Of a stretch of 64,000 nucleotides of DNA, positions 50,895 to 64,000 are shown piece by piece (position 1 is the stretch's first letter; the number at the start of each line of letters is the position of its first letter). The notes under the pieces are model-generated. The model did no database searches and had not been told where the DNA came from. It was given only the letters and a program-made list of their open reading frames with translations. The position numbers and the translations under genes are program-made. This DNA comes from Octopus sinensis (taxonomy: Eukaryota), in the NCBI RefSeq assembly GCF_006345805.1, contig NC_043009.1, forward strand, positions 48,112,001 through 48,176,000. Direction: 5' to 3'.

Positions 50895-51235
50895 CAAAAG
50901 TGCTTGATGCGTCTCTTTGCTCTGTTTGGATTGCTAAAATTTACTGTATCAGACAACGCATCTGAATTTACAGCATCGAAAGGTTGCTTATCAACCCTTG
51001 GCATAAAGAGCATATATACACCTACATACCATCTACAGTCAAATGGGCAAGCCGAGCGAGCTGTCCAAACCATCAAACATACCTTACCCGCATGGAATCC
51101 TGTCACTGACGATTTACAGCGAGTTCTACTCAATCATCGATCTTTATCAGGCGGGAAAGCTGCTTCTCCGGGGGGAAAGGTTATTCGGAAGATCATTACG
51201 AATAAGACCCACTGAATCGACTTTCTTACAGAGGT
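50895..51235 (+). pseudogene. LTR-retrotransposon (Gypsy-like) integrase core fragment
   Basis: LFALFGL...VSDNASEFTA...LGIKSIYTPTYHLQSNGQAERAVQTIK, rve-type D..E motifs. Confidence 0.85.
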
Positions 51236-51380
51236 GGCGCGTGTCGTGTGTTGAACTCCTAATCAATACATAATGTTGTACATTTGTTTAAATAATTAAA
51301 AACCGCCGGTCACATGGCATACATGTGTTTTATGTGTACTTGTCGGACTTTTTTTTTTCTTTCTATATCTTGCAATCAAA

Positions 51381-51780
51381 AAAGCGGTGAGCTGACAGAA
51401 ACATTAGCACACCTGGCGAAATGCTTATGGGTATTTCGTCTGCCGTTACGTTCTGAGTTCAAATTTCGCCGAGGTCGACTTTGCCTTTCATCCTTTCGGG
51501 GTCGATTAAATAAGTACCAGTTACGCACTGGGTCGATGTAATCGACTTAATCCGTTTGTCTGTCCTTGTTTGCTCCCTCTATGTTTAGCCTCTTGTGAGT
51601 AATAAAGAAATAGGTATTTCGTCTCTCTTTACGTTCTGAGTTCAAATTCCGCCGAGGTCGACTTTGCCTTTCATCCTTTCGGAGTCGATAAATTAAGTAC
51701 CAGTTGCGTACTGTGGTCGATCTAATTGACTGGCCCCTCTCCAAATATTTCGGGCCTTGTGCCTAGAGTAGAAAATTATA
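51381..51780 (+). mobile_element. Family D SINE dimer (tails a, b)
   Basis: Two Meta-like domains joined at aaagaaata/ggtatttcgtct. Confidence 0.92.
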
Positions 51781-52029
51781 TATTGCAATCAAAATTAAAG
51801 GGGACACACACTTGATTTCATCTCTACAGGATTATGGTTGATGTTGTTATCCCTTTTCTTACGTGCTGCTGGTGAGATAGAGATAGAAATTCACAATTTA
51901 TGGCTATGTGATCCTTGTTGCTATATTTGTGTTTAGAAATAGGCAAATTACAAAACTTAACATTTACAATGCATTGTGTTGTTTTGAATTTACTCCATGA
52001 AACGAAACATTATTTTTCGGTATCTTCTC

Positions 52030-52422
52030 TTATATTTTGCTTGTTTCAATCATTTGGACTGCGGCCATCCAGGAGCGCCACCTAGAAGGGTTTTAGTCGA
52101 ACAAATCGGCCTCAGTACTTGTGATATTTTCTATTTGGCCGACCGCTAAGTTACGGGGGTCGTAAGCAAACAAACACCGGTTGTCAAGCTGTGGTAGGGG
52201 AAAACGTACACACATATGCATTCGTTCATACATACAAACATACGCATATACATACACATACATACGTAGATGCATGCACACACACCTATATATACGACGG
52301 GCTTCTTTCAGTTTCCATATACCAAATCCACTCACAAGGCTTTAGTCAGCCCGGAGCTAGAGCAGAAAATACTGAACCCGGAATCATATTGTTGGAAAGC
52401 AAACTTTCTATCACACAGTCAC
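52030..52422 (-). mobile_element. Family C SINE, degenerate
   Basis: gactgcggccatccaggagcgccacc tail; cgacgggcttctttcagtttcc body. Confidence 0.83.
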
Positions 52423-52678
52423 CCCTAATTTCGTCATAATTTAAAAAGGAGAGAGATATAACAGGTATTTCTAGCATAGCTAGTGTCCACGTAGAGACTT
52501 ACTTAGACCTGTTTAAGTTGACTAATAAACAAAAGACGTTTCAATCGTGACCACTCCGACTTTTTTGTTTAATAGTGCTCTTCTCTGTTTTAGAAGGAAG
52601 GTGATCAGGATGATTACTTTAGCAGTTCGAACGACCGCGTCATTTCAGAAAGTGTTTTTGCTTCTATATATAAATATA

Positions 52679-52770
<92 letters not shown>

Positions 52771-52846
52771 GTCTGTCTGTCTGTCTGTCTGCCTGCCTGT
52801 CTGTCTGCCTGTCTGTCTGTCTGCCTGTCTGTCTATCTATCTATCT

Positions 52847-52896
<50 letters not shown>

Positions 52897-53846
52897 CATC
52901 TATCTATCAATCTATCTATCTATCTGTCTATCTGTCTGTCTGTCTGCCTACTTACCTGCCTGCCTACCTGCCTGTTTGTCTGCCTGCCTACCTGTTTGTC
53001 TCTCTGTCTGTCTGTCACTCTGTCTGTCTGTACATATATACCCTCTGTCCTTTTTACTCCTGTAAAAATTCTACGCTCGTGTTTAAATAAATATATATGT
53101 GTCATAATCTGACATGATACTAGTTATCTGCCTGTTTATGCTTTTATTCTGCTATACACCTACCTGTTCAATTGCGACACTGCCTAAAGCTAATCGTCAT
53201 TAGGCCGCTTTAACATATCTGCATTTTCAGTCGCAGTTGATGTTGGAGTTTAGGCAGCAGATTGCCTAAGAACTAAATATATGCACCTATTACGTCATCA
53301 GATTAAATATTACGTGAAATTTATATCTACATAAATGTGTGTATATATATATATGTAAATATGTGTATGTTTTTCTCGCTCTATCTATTTGTCAGTCTGT
53401 GTATCTGGGTACAAATATTGCATTAATTTTCATATATATTCCTGTAGATGCGTACATAACTTGCTGTGCATGTATGCGAAACTGTGTGGTTTTTGGGTGT
53501 TTATATGTGTGTATGTGTGTTTATGTGTGTGTGTGTGGGTGTGCGTCTGTAGAGCCATGTACGTATTTGAATCTGTAGATGCGTGAACGTGTGTATGAGC
53601 GTGCGTATAGAAAAAAGAAATTCTTACAACTGATAAAACATTCTTGTTTCCAAGTAAACTATCCGAACGATGAAAGAACTGGCATTACGTCAACAAGAAT
53701 TAATAATAATAATAATAAAAAAATATCAAACAACAACAGTATTCGAAACACATACCATATATCCATATATTTGTATTTATACACACACTCACACACACAC
53801 ACACCAAGATTATGAGTACACAGACATAGAGGTACACATACGTCGG

Positions 53847-53918
<72 letters not shown>

Positions 53919-53979
53919 TATATTATATTATATATATTATATATATATGTATATATATGTATATATATTATAATATATA

Positions 53980-54067
<88 letters not shown>

Positions 54068-54354
54068 CACACACACACATTCGAGTATGATGCACAAGAA
54101 CATCTAGAATCATTCATAGACAAAACTGCATATATGAAGTATATATATGTATATGTATCTGTCTGTGTGTTGTGTTAAGTATATTTATGCATGTATGTAT
54201 GAATATTATATATTTCTTATATATTTCTTATGGATGTAGCAGGGGAAATTGATATGGTTTCTTGCTATTATTTTGTTGTAATTTTGTTAGCTGCTTTCTT
54301 TCTGTTATCAGTTTAATTATGTGTATGTGATATATATATATATATATATACATA

Positions 54355-54428
<74 letters not shown>

Positions 54429-54922
54429 TATACATATCATGAACATTCATAAAAACATAAATATGTAGACCATGCACAAACATATATTCACGTACATGTA
54501 CTCAAACGCAGATACACACACATATGTAGCTATATATGTATATACACACACCACATATACACACACGTATAAATTTCTTCTTCCATTTTAATCCCGCCTT
54601 AACTTACCATAGTGTATATTTTTTACATCTTAGCTCCATCAGCCAAGAATGTGACAGATAAAACTGAAATCACACCTTCAGTAGGGAAATATTTTGGATT
54701 TATGTTATAGTTTTGGCTTTTCATTTTAGATCAGAGAGAGAGAGAGGGGGGAGAGATGAGGGAGAGAGTGAGAGAGAGAGAGATGAGAGAGATGAGAGAA
54801 GGAACATGAATTTCCTTCTAAACTGCCAAAGTCTAATCAACGTCGAGCTTGGAAGTTAGGGATTGTGTTTGTCAAGAGATGGAGGAAGAAATATAGAAAG
54901 ACAGACAGACAGATATATATAT

Positions 54923-54953
<31 letters not shown>

Positions 54954-55156
54954 ATATAGATATAGATAGATTGACTAACAGACAGACAGACATGTAGATT
55001 AATAGGCAATGAGTGAAGACAACGACAGACAGATAGATTGATAAATTGACGGACAGCAAGATACTTTATTAGATATACAAATGGGCAGAGAGGTAGCTGG
55101 GCCGCTAGAGAAAGAGAAAGTCAGAGGCAGAGAAAGATTGGCGCGCTCGCGCACGG

Positions 55157-55201
<45 letters not shown>

Positions 55202-56298
55202 ACACACACTCACACACATATACGGACTGATAAGTAGCTGGATGGATGGAAGGACGGACAGTCGGACGGATAGAGAAGTACATAGGCTATATGATAGATA
55301 AATATATATATACATACATACATGCATACATACATACATACATACATACCATACATACATACATATATACATACATACATACACACATACATACACACAT
55401 GTCAACATATGTACATGCATAATACATACATGTATACATACATAAATGTTTACATACATAAATGGATACATACACACATACATACATGGATAATACATAC
55501 AAACATATGTACATACGTACGTACATACATACATACAAACTTACATGTATGTGTGCATATAAACATACATGCATAATGCATACATGCATGCATGCATACA
55601 TAGTACATACATGCATACAGACACACATACATGCATACATACATGTATACATAAATACATGCATACAAACATACTTGCATGCGTACATGCATACATAGCT
55701 GCATACATGCATACATACATACATACATACATGCATACAGAAATACATATATACATACATACATGCATACATACACGCATATATACATACATACATGCAT
55801 ATACACATACTTCCATAGATATTTCGTTTGGTAGACAGAGAATCAGAAAGACAAAGAAATAAATTGAAAGATAAAGATAGATAGATAGATTGACAGTTAG
55901 AAAGATAGATAGAGTGTGTGATAGATAGAGATAGAGAGAGAGAGAGAGAGAGAGAAGCGAGAGCGAGAGAGAGAGAGAGAGGGGGAGAGGGAGAGAGAGG
56001 AAGAGAGACGGAGACAGAGAAGGCGTATTGAAATTCGATGTCAGAATAATTCGACAATGAAAATTCATGGAAAAGAGAAGGAGAAAAAGAGAGAGAGGAA
56101 CAATAAAAGTATAGAAAAATGAAGAAAGGTGATGAGAGAGATTGAGAGAGAGAAAGTGAAAGCCTAAGAGAAATTCGTGGGGAGAATAATGAGGAGAGTA
56201 AGGGAGGAAGAAGAGAATGCGCGTGAGAATATGAGCGCGCATGTGCGAGTCTGTGTGAGTTTGAGCGTGAGTGTATGTCTGTATGAGTGTGTGTGGTG

Positions 56299-56329
<31 letters not shown>

Positions 56330-56607
56330 GTGTGTGTGTGGTGACACATATTCATACAGACACGCATACACACAGACAAAAACATGAATTCTTGAGAATA
56401 AGAAACTGCATTTGTCCAGTAATAGTCATTGCTTTTATAAATCCATCCATCGATCCATCCATCCATCCATACATGCATACAAGCGTGTGTGTGTGTATGT
56501 ATACACACACACTCGACCATACACACATATATATACATGTAATTATATGTATACATGTGTGTATATATATGTATATATGTATAAGTATATATATGTATAT
56601 ATATGTA

Positions 56608-56647
<40 letters not shown>

Positions 56648-56900
56648 TACATATACATATATTTATATATGCATACATATACATATATATGCATATATAT
56701 ATATACATATGTATATATACATGCATACATATATATACATACTTACATATATATATACATGCATATATATGTGCATATATATCTATCTATATACATATGC
56801 ATTTGTCTCTGTATCCATCTTTCTCTACATGTTGCATTTTAAGTATGCATATATATATTTATACCACAACATATATAAATACATGCACAAATATTTTTAT
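52679..56900. repeat. Large microsatellite field: TCTA/TCTG, TA, GA, TACA/TGCA, TG
   Basis: Direct observation, with unique spacers such as 53100-53335 and 54590-54880. Confidence 0.9.
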
Positions 56901-57239
56901 TATACCATAATTACACAGTAGTAAAAGACTATTGTGATATTTTTTCATATCGTCAAAGTTCCGCAAACTACTATTTTTCTTATTGACAACGTTACAATGC
57001 TTTATAGAAAAGACAAAATGTCGTCAGGTTTATGTTGGAGAGCAGATGATACTATATTTCATACTTAGATGTCAAGCTGTGTAGTAGTGAGTTTAGTTCT
57101 TAGTAGCAGATGGTATTATATAATATATAGTATACTTATATGCAATATTATATGCAATGTAGCAGGCAGTCCTATTGTTGCGCATATACGCACTTTTCTA
57201 GTAGTTGCAACAGTATAGAGGTCTTAAAAAATATATATA

Positions 57240-57350
57240 TTCTTTTCTACTGTAGGCACAGGGCCCGAAATTTTCGGGGTGTGGAGGCCAGTCGATTAGA
57301 TCGACACCAGTACGCAACTGGTACTTAATTTATCGACCCCGAAAGGATGT
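57240..57350 (-). mobile_element. Family D SINE 3' part, tail b
   Basis: gtaggcacagggcccgaaatttt...ggtacttaatttatcgaccccgaaaggatg. Confidence 0.85.
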
Positions 57351-57629
57351 ACAATGGCCTAGTGGTTAGGGCAGCGGACTCGTGGTCGTAGGATCGCTGT
57401 TTCGATTCACAGACCAGAGCGAAAACACATAAAGCTCCACGAGGCTCCGGCAGGGGGTGGTGGCGATCCCTGCTGTACTCTTTCGCCACAACTTTCTCTC
57501 ACTCTTTCTTCTGTTGGCCTGCTCGCTTAGCCAGCGGGATGGCGTCATTTGAAGGCTAAAACAATGCGAAGCGCATTGTGACCAGCGATGTGTAACAACA
57601 TCTGATGGCCTGGTCGGTCACGGTGACGG

Positions 57630-57631
<2 letters not shown>
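57351..57631 (+). mobile_element. tRNA-derived SINE, head A + tail 4
   Basis: caatggcctagtggttagggcagcggactcg head and ctccacgaggctccggcaggg body as in 14761-15145, but with the tail seen at 9022-9134; followed by (TA)n. Confidence 0.9.
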
Positions 57632-57675
<44 letters not shown>

Positions 57676-57677
<2 letters not shown>

Positions 57678-57787
57678 AGACGCATTGAAATATCTACCTG
57701 CTAGAAATAAGAGTTAAAAGCCTCATTTGGTCCTAATGAGGGTTTCAGCTCTTATTTCTAGCGGGTAGGCATTTCAGTATGTCCTTT
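57676..57787. repeat. Long imperfect inverted repeat (~52-bp arms, 7-nt loop)
   Basis: ctacctgctagaaataagagttaaaagcctcatt-tggtcct-aatgagggtttcagctcttatttctagcgggtag. Confidence 0.88.
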
Positions 57788-57879
57788 GATTAATATATTC
57801 TATAACTATATAACGCTGATTCAGGCCTGCAATCACCTATATTAATATTGTTATTATTGACTATTTATATTGACTTCAA

Positions 57880-59160
57880 TAATAATAACAATATTGCCAC
57901 CCCAAACACATAAAAATTAATATACTTTATAATCTAGCGAAAAAAATTTGTACCATAGTTTCGGACACCTATACTCGTAAAAGAAGACTCGTTGAACACA
58001 GATCAATACTAATCAAAATACATTACCCAATATTAATAAGTAATGGCATTAAACGAGCTATGGAAATAGACATACGAACATTAAAGGAAGTCAACCTAAA
58101 TACTAAACCAGACTTAAAAATACTCCTGTACATCACACAACCCTAGAAACAACAAAGCTTTCAACATTATCACCCAAAATTTTCCCAGCCTCACAGGAGA
58201 TAAAACAATGAACAAAATTTTAAGCTTATACAAAATTATCAAAAGCAAAATGCAACCTAAATCACTGAAAAAAATATTAACTAGCGAAAGACTATATCCA
58301 TTAACAACAGAACCCAAAGTGAAAAAATGTGGTCGACCTACCTGTCATGACCCCACCTTTTGGAGGGTTCAGAATTCCACTTCAAACAAGGTGAAATATT
58401 TAAGATCAAATCAAATTTCGCCTGTGCCCCGGAAAATCTAATCTATGCCATTACGTGCTTTGGGTGTGGTAATAATTATATTGGCCAAACAGGAATATCA
58501 CTCCATCGAAGAACCAATTTCCACAAAGAACAAATCCGCCACCCACAATACAGATAGATACAGGTTAGTGAAAACATAGAAAGGTGTGCTAGGAATCTTA
58601 ATCTTAATTTCCTAATTTTCTCCTTCTATCAAAGTTCATATAACACCTCAGTACAACAAAGAATAAATAAAGAGGCAACTTTCATCAATAAATATCTTCC
58701 CCAAACTAATATGAACATATAACATAATACAGAACACTACTAATCTTTCAATTAATACCACTAACCCCATACATCCAATACACTATTCACATTACAGATC
58801 TATATTTAACCTTATTGCACCAAATCCACAACTACTTACCTTCCTTACACATAATCTTTTTATACAGGGACTAGTAGACCTGACACCTTTCATTAATCGG
58901 TGTGCATTCAAAGCAATGATTAGTAAATTTACGAAACCGGTATGCTTTTAAATCTCTTTAACAATTCACATTAATGACTTTTATTACTTTGATTCCTACC
59001 TCAGTTCATCTATTTGTATATATCTATCGTTACTTTTCATTAAAAGCCTTTGCTTCTTTTGATTTCCAATGTGCATTTTCGCTTATTTTTCTTCATACTT
59101 TCCTCTTATATTTCAACGTGTGGTTTCGAATTTCTTTTTGTAACATATGTCTATTATATA
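57880..59160 (+). mobile_element. Penelope-like element 3' part: RT C-terminus, GIY-YIG endonuclease, 3' repeat region
   Basis: INILYNLAKKICTIVSD, KKCGRPTC, NLIYAITCFGCGNNYIGQTG...RRTNFHKEQI; frameshifts and stops; ends at (TA)n. Confidence 0.9.
58910..58948 (+). ncRNA. Type-I hammerhead ribozyme candidate, A3:U8 core variant
   Basis: AAAGCA-ATGATTA-GTAAATTTAC-GAAA-CCGG-TA-TGCTTT; perfect 6-bp stem I, palindromic stems II and III, GUA triplet; sense strand, downstream of the Penelope ORF. Confidence 0.7.
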
Positions 59161-59591
59161 TATATATTTATTAAAATTTCATTCTTTTGGGTAAAAAGTA
59201 TTTAGTGGGGTTGAATGAATACATAAACCTCTTTGTTGTCTTTTGATCACAAAATCTCCCACAAATCGCATGTTACTGATTAAAAATTTACGATGGAAGC
59301 ATTCAGTAATGAAGTCCAGATACGACATTCCTGTACACATGCTGAGATGATCATAGTTGGAAAAACTTTGAAATTAGACATACTCAATTAGGTAAAAGCA
59401 GGAGTTAAACTAAATACTAACAAAATACTTCTGCTTCAAGATTTTAACCACGGTGGAACTGATGAAACCTTACAGTGTCGAAACTTCAATTATTCACTTA
59501 TTAAAACTGTAGTTTCTCTCATATTGTTACGATTGTTGAAAAGCAAATCTGAAAATTTGATTTTCTAAAATGATTTAATTAATATGTTTTT

Positions 59592-60095
59592 GCGCATGGC
59601 CTAGTGGTTAAGCATGGTAAACTCATGTTCATAAGATTGTGGGTTCGATTCCTGAATCGAACGACACGCGTTGTATCCTTGAGCAAGGCACATCGTATTC
59701 CTTTTTCCCATCGTATTACTCTCCTCAAAATAAATATCAACCTAACGCTGATGCACCTCTTTCTATCCAAATTTTCCACTGGTTGAGGGATGAGAAAACC
59801 AAGAGCATGTTTATGTTTGCTCGGGTTGTGCTTTGTCCCTGAACAAGACACTTCATTTAACGCAGTTCCAGTCTACGCTGCTGAAAACGGATAACAACCG
59901 AGTACTGTTTCAGATTTCGGCACAATGCCAGTAATTTCTAGGTGCAAATTGATTACATCGACTCCAGAGATCAACTGGTATTTGTTTTATCGAACTCAAA
60001 GGTGACGTCAGCGGAATTTGAAATTAGGACGTAAAAACGAAATGCCGCTAAGCAATTTAATCAACGTCTTAATAATTCTCCCAGAATGCCGCCTT
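59592..60095. mobile_element. Degenerate head-B SINE pieces (+) and a family D copy (59908-60095, minus)
   Basis: gcgcatggcctagtggttaag...ccttgagcaaggcac; gcggaatttgaaattaggacg...gccgctaagc. Confidence 0.7.
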
Positions 60096-60354
60096 GCTAC
60101 TGTGATTTAACGTCGTATATTTACAGTGTTGTAATGAAGATGTCAAAACAATGAACTTACTGACACGGTGTAATATGTGTGTGTGATACTGTGTAATGTA
60201 CTCAACACAGCAATGTGAAGTAGATGGTGTGTGTAACAAACTTAGTATAATGCATAGGGTAATACTGTGTGTGACAATGAGTAGTTCTTAACATAGTAGC
60301 GTATACTAGATAATACTGTGTAACATAGTTAACGATATAGTATGCAGCAGACGG

Positions 60355-60575
60355 CAGTATATATATATATATGTATATCTTGATGTAATATGTAGTAGGC
60401 GATACAGTTAGCATATACACGCGCACGCACACATTCACATACATATATACATACATGCGTATGTATATACCCACATATACATATATTTATATACTATACA
60501 TCTATATATCTACATATATCTATTATCACACACACACATACAGACATATATATTCATATTTGTATGTATGTATAT

Positions 60576-60610
<35 letters not shown>

Positions 60611-61503
60611 GTAAGTATGTTTATGTATATATATATATATATATATACAAACATAAATACATATCCATAAACATATGCAATATATACATATGAATGTATG
60701 TATATGTATATATATGTATATATGAATATATATATATATGAATATATATACATATATATATGTACATATAGATTCATGTATACAAACATATACATATATA
60801 TATATATATGCATATACATGCATTCATATATATATATATATATATATATTCTATATATTTATGGATATGTATTTATGTTTACATACATGCATACACACAC
60901 ACACATATATATACATGCATACACACACAGACACATACACACACACACACACATATATATGATAAACAATGTAATGTGTAGCAAATGACAAAATAATGTT
61001 GAATAATTGAAATGGTATGCTATGTTGCAAGATGACAATAGAATTGAAGAAGATGAAGAAGAAGAAGAAAAAAACAAAAAGGAAACAGCAAAAATACAAA
61101 AAGAAAATAAGAAGGAAAATAAGATAGAAACCGGAGGAGAAATGTAATTCAATTCCAGACAAGATAATGGTGTTTTAAGTGGAGACACGGCAACAGTAAC
61201 TTGTTAGATGAAGATTGAAATAGAAGAATGATGAGGAGGTAAGATAGAAGACAAAATTACTGTGGAGAAGATGAAGAAAGACTGAAAAAAAATAGAAAAA
61301 AAACAAACGCCAAAGATGGATAAGAAAAGAGGAGGAGGTTGAGGATGAGGAGGAAGTGAAGGAAGTAGGAGGTGGAAGGGAAAAGATAGATGTCAGAATT
61401 AAAACACAGAGAAGCTGAAAGGTTTGAAATAATAAGAATAATAATAATAATAATAATAATAATATAATTAATAATAATAATGATGATGATAATAATAATA
61501 ATA

Positions 61504-61535
<32 letters not shown>

Positions 61536-61580
61536 TTAATAATAATAATAATAACAATAATAATAATAATAATAATAATG

Positions 61581-61641
<61 letters not shown>

Positions 61642-61646
61642 TGATG

Positions 61647-61679
<33 letters not shown>
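60355..61679. repeat. TA/CA field, purine-rich tract and long (TAA)n array at 61430-61679
   Basis: Direct observation. Confidence 0.9.
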
Positions 61680-61682
<3 letters not shown>

Positions 61683-61786
61683 TGCCTGGTGTACCTTTAT
61701 CAGACGGGTAGTCATGATGGGTATATTGGGCTTCGTATATTTTACCCCAGTGTCACTTTGATGGCATGCACTGCTCTCTCACTCAA
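61680..61786 (+). mobile_element. Short 5'-truncated copy of the element at 4223-4713, in (TAA)n
   Basis: tgtgcctggtgtacc...gggcttcgtatattttaccccagtgtcactttg..ggcatgcactgctctctc. Confidence 0.85.
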
Positions 61787-61800
61787 TAATAATAATAATT

Positions 61801-62110
61801 ATCCTTTTTCCTAGAAGTACAAGGACTGAAATTTGAGGAAAGGGATAGTCGATTACATCGACACGAGTACACACCTGGTATGTATTTTATCAACCCTGAA
61901 AGGATGAAAGGTAAAGTCAGCACTGGCGGAATTTGAACTCGGACAATAATAATAATAATAATAATAATAACAATAATAGGGCTGACATCTTATAGAGAGG
62001 AGTAAGTTGATTTCATTGAGCCCAGTACGCAGCTGGTACTTATTTTATTGACGCCGAAAGGATGAAAGGCAGTATCACCCTCTGCGGCATTTGAACTCAA
62101 AACGTAAAGA
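61801..62110 (-). mobile_element. Two family D SINE fragments between TAA arrays
   Basis: gaaaggatgaaagg...atttgaactc occurs twice. Confidence 0.8.
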
Positions 62111-62123
62111 TAATAACAACAAC

Positions 62124-62162
<39 letters not shown>

Positions 62163-62190
62163 GATGATAATAATAATAATAATAATAATA

Positions 62191-62257
<67 letters not shown>

Positions 62258-62942
62258 TAATATATTATACATATAAATGTACATACACACACCGTATATT
62301 TGTATACATACTTACTAACTAACCTCCCGCGAATACACAGTCATATGTTACGACTTCCTATTGACATTATAGAAAATATAGCGCCAACATAGATGACAAA
62401 AGGAAAGAGAGACTTGATATTGAAAGACAAAGCAAAGAGAAGAGAAATCAGTAATTATAGATCTATAACATTCTTGCCATTATTCTGGAAATTATTAATA
62501 GGCTTCGTAGCAGATGAAATATATAACTTTCTGGAGATGGAGAATATTTTGGCAGGTGAGCAAAAGGGATGCAAAATTTACTCAAGGAAATCTGCTGATC
62601 TGTAAATTGAGTGTAGGATACTAAATGAGGTACGTGTTAGAAGGGATTTGGTTGTTGGATAGACAGATTACAAGAAGGCTTGTGACACTGTTCCACATTG
62701 CTGGCTCTTGGAATGCCTGAAGACGAGCGGAGTCAGTGAGAAAATAAATAGCCTTAAAACAAAAAAAAAAGAGAGAGAAAATGAGTGAAAGTGGGCCAAC
62801 GTGTGCAAATGAATCGTTAGGAAACGTGAAAATACACAAGGGAATATTTCGGGGTGAGTCGCTGTCCCTATTACTCTTTGTCCGTGCGTTAATCCTTCTG
62901 TCACGTGTACTGTGAAATTCCAGTCCTGCCTATGTGTATATT

Positions 62943-63236
62943 TGGAAGCACTCCGTCGGTTACGACGACGAGGGTTCCGGTTGATCCGAATCAACGGAAC
63001 AGCCTGCTCATGAAATTAACGTGTAAGTGGCTGAGCACTCCACAGACACGTGTACCCTTAACGTAGTTCTCGGGGATATTCAGCATGACACAGAGAGTGA
63101 CAAGGCCGGCCCTTTGAAATACAGGTACAACAGAAACAGGAAGTAAGAGTGAGAGAAAGTTGTGGTGAAAGAGTACAGCAGGGATCACCACCATCCCCTG
63201 CCAGAGCCTCGTGGAGCTTTAGGTGTTTTCGCTCAA
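62943..63236 (-). mobile_element. 5'-truncated SINE (head-A body + tail 1) with 12-bp TSD
   Basis: TSD tatgtgtatatt at 62931-62942 and 63237-63248; tRNA part missing. Confidence 0.94.
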
Positions 63237-63400
63237 TATGTGTATATTAAAACCAAGGTGAAAATAAAACATCTGTTTTATTAAGATGACCTCAAACTAT
63301 ATACACAAAATGAAAAACACCTGGATTCGCCAATACAAACCTAAGAGAATTCAGTAAGGATATTGGAATGCATCTTGTAGTGTTGAGTATGAAGTGTTAA

Positions 63401-63575
63401 GTGCGTGGCTTAGTGGTTAAGGCATTCGGCTCACGATCGTAAGGTCGTGAGATCAATTCCAGGCGACGCATTGTGACCTTGAGCAAGGCACTTTATTTCA
63501 CATTACTCGAGTCCACTCAGCTGGCAAATATGAGTAGTACCTGTATTTCAAAAAGGGCCAGCCTTGTCATATTGT
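63401..63575 (+). mobile_element. tRNA-derived SINE, head B + start of tail 1
   Basis: gcgtggcttagtggttaagg head; gtacctgtatttcaaaaagggccagccttgtca tail start. Confidence 0.85.
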
Positions 63576-64000
63576 GACTATTTCGAAGGAGATGATATTA
63601 AAACTTAGGTAAATTAATTATTTTTATTAAAGATAACTAGTCCTGGAACCTTTTGATACCACTTGTGATGTTGGGGTTGAAAAGGTGTGTGGAGCGGAAT
63701 GAAGAAAGAATACCATCGGAGACTAGAACTGTCCAAAACGTTATTGAAACAGTAGGAGAAATCAAGACCAAAAAGACGGACAATAGACCAAGTAGGTGGA
63801 AAGAAATAGAATTACATGGCTAATTCCTACAATGCACCCATGATGTTGACAGTAAAGAACGCTAGATATGGCTCACAAATGAAAACCCGAAAAGAAAGAT
63901 TGAAGCGTTAATTATAGCGGCACATGAAGAAGCCATTGGGACGAATCTTAAAGACACAGATCGACAAAACTCAACTAGGGAGCAATGTAGAATCTGAAGG

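Larger units (their letters stand above)
62340..64000 (+). mobile_element. R4/Dong-clade LINE relic (RT domain and C-terminal region), interrupted by two SINEs, runs off the window
   Basis: NYRSITFLPLFWKLL...EQKGC, DYKKACDTVPHCWLLECL, GIFRGESLS, HLFY*DDLKLY, FSKDIGM, WKEIELHG, IIAAHEEAI. Confidence 0.9.

Noticed and set aside
59455-59516. Hammerhead-like CTGATGA...GAAA...GTA
   Set aside because: Core is present, but stems I-III pair poorly; at best a decayed relic.

Overview
AT-rich, repeat-saturated eukaryotic DNA. The SINE repertoire and microsatellite load point to an octopus genome (Octopus sp.; inferred from family recognition, not from a search). I find no intact host protein-coding gene, tRNA, rRNA or CRISPR array, and nearly all listed ORFs are translations of microsatellites. 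The window is a layered transposon graveyard with one 100-N assembly gap. It holds three groups of tRNA-headed SINEs and decayed LINEs (R4/Dong, CR1-group, L1/Tx1, probable RTE). It also holds a Penelope GIY-YIG fragment, a Helitron Pif1-helicase relic, non-autonomous Helitron/Helentron elements, and hAT, mariner and LTR-integrase relics. Main observations: (1) several minimal type-I hammerhead-ribozyme folds near (TA)n arrays, two of which replace the C3:G8 core pair with A3:U8 or U3:A8; (2) a combinatorial SINE set with 2 heads x 4 tails; (3) two SINE-LINE tail partnerships visible within the window (CR1-group and L1/Tx1); (4) (TAA)n arrays used in opposite orientations by Dong and by Tx1-type elements; (5) an 85-bp GC-rich island encoding an AraC-HTH-like peptide. 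All family assignments come from motif recognition by eye, and boundaries of degenerate copies are approximate.
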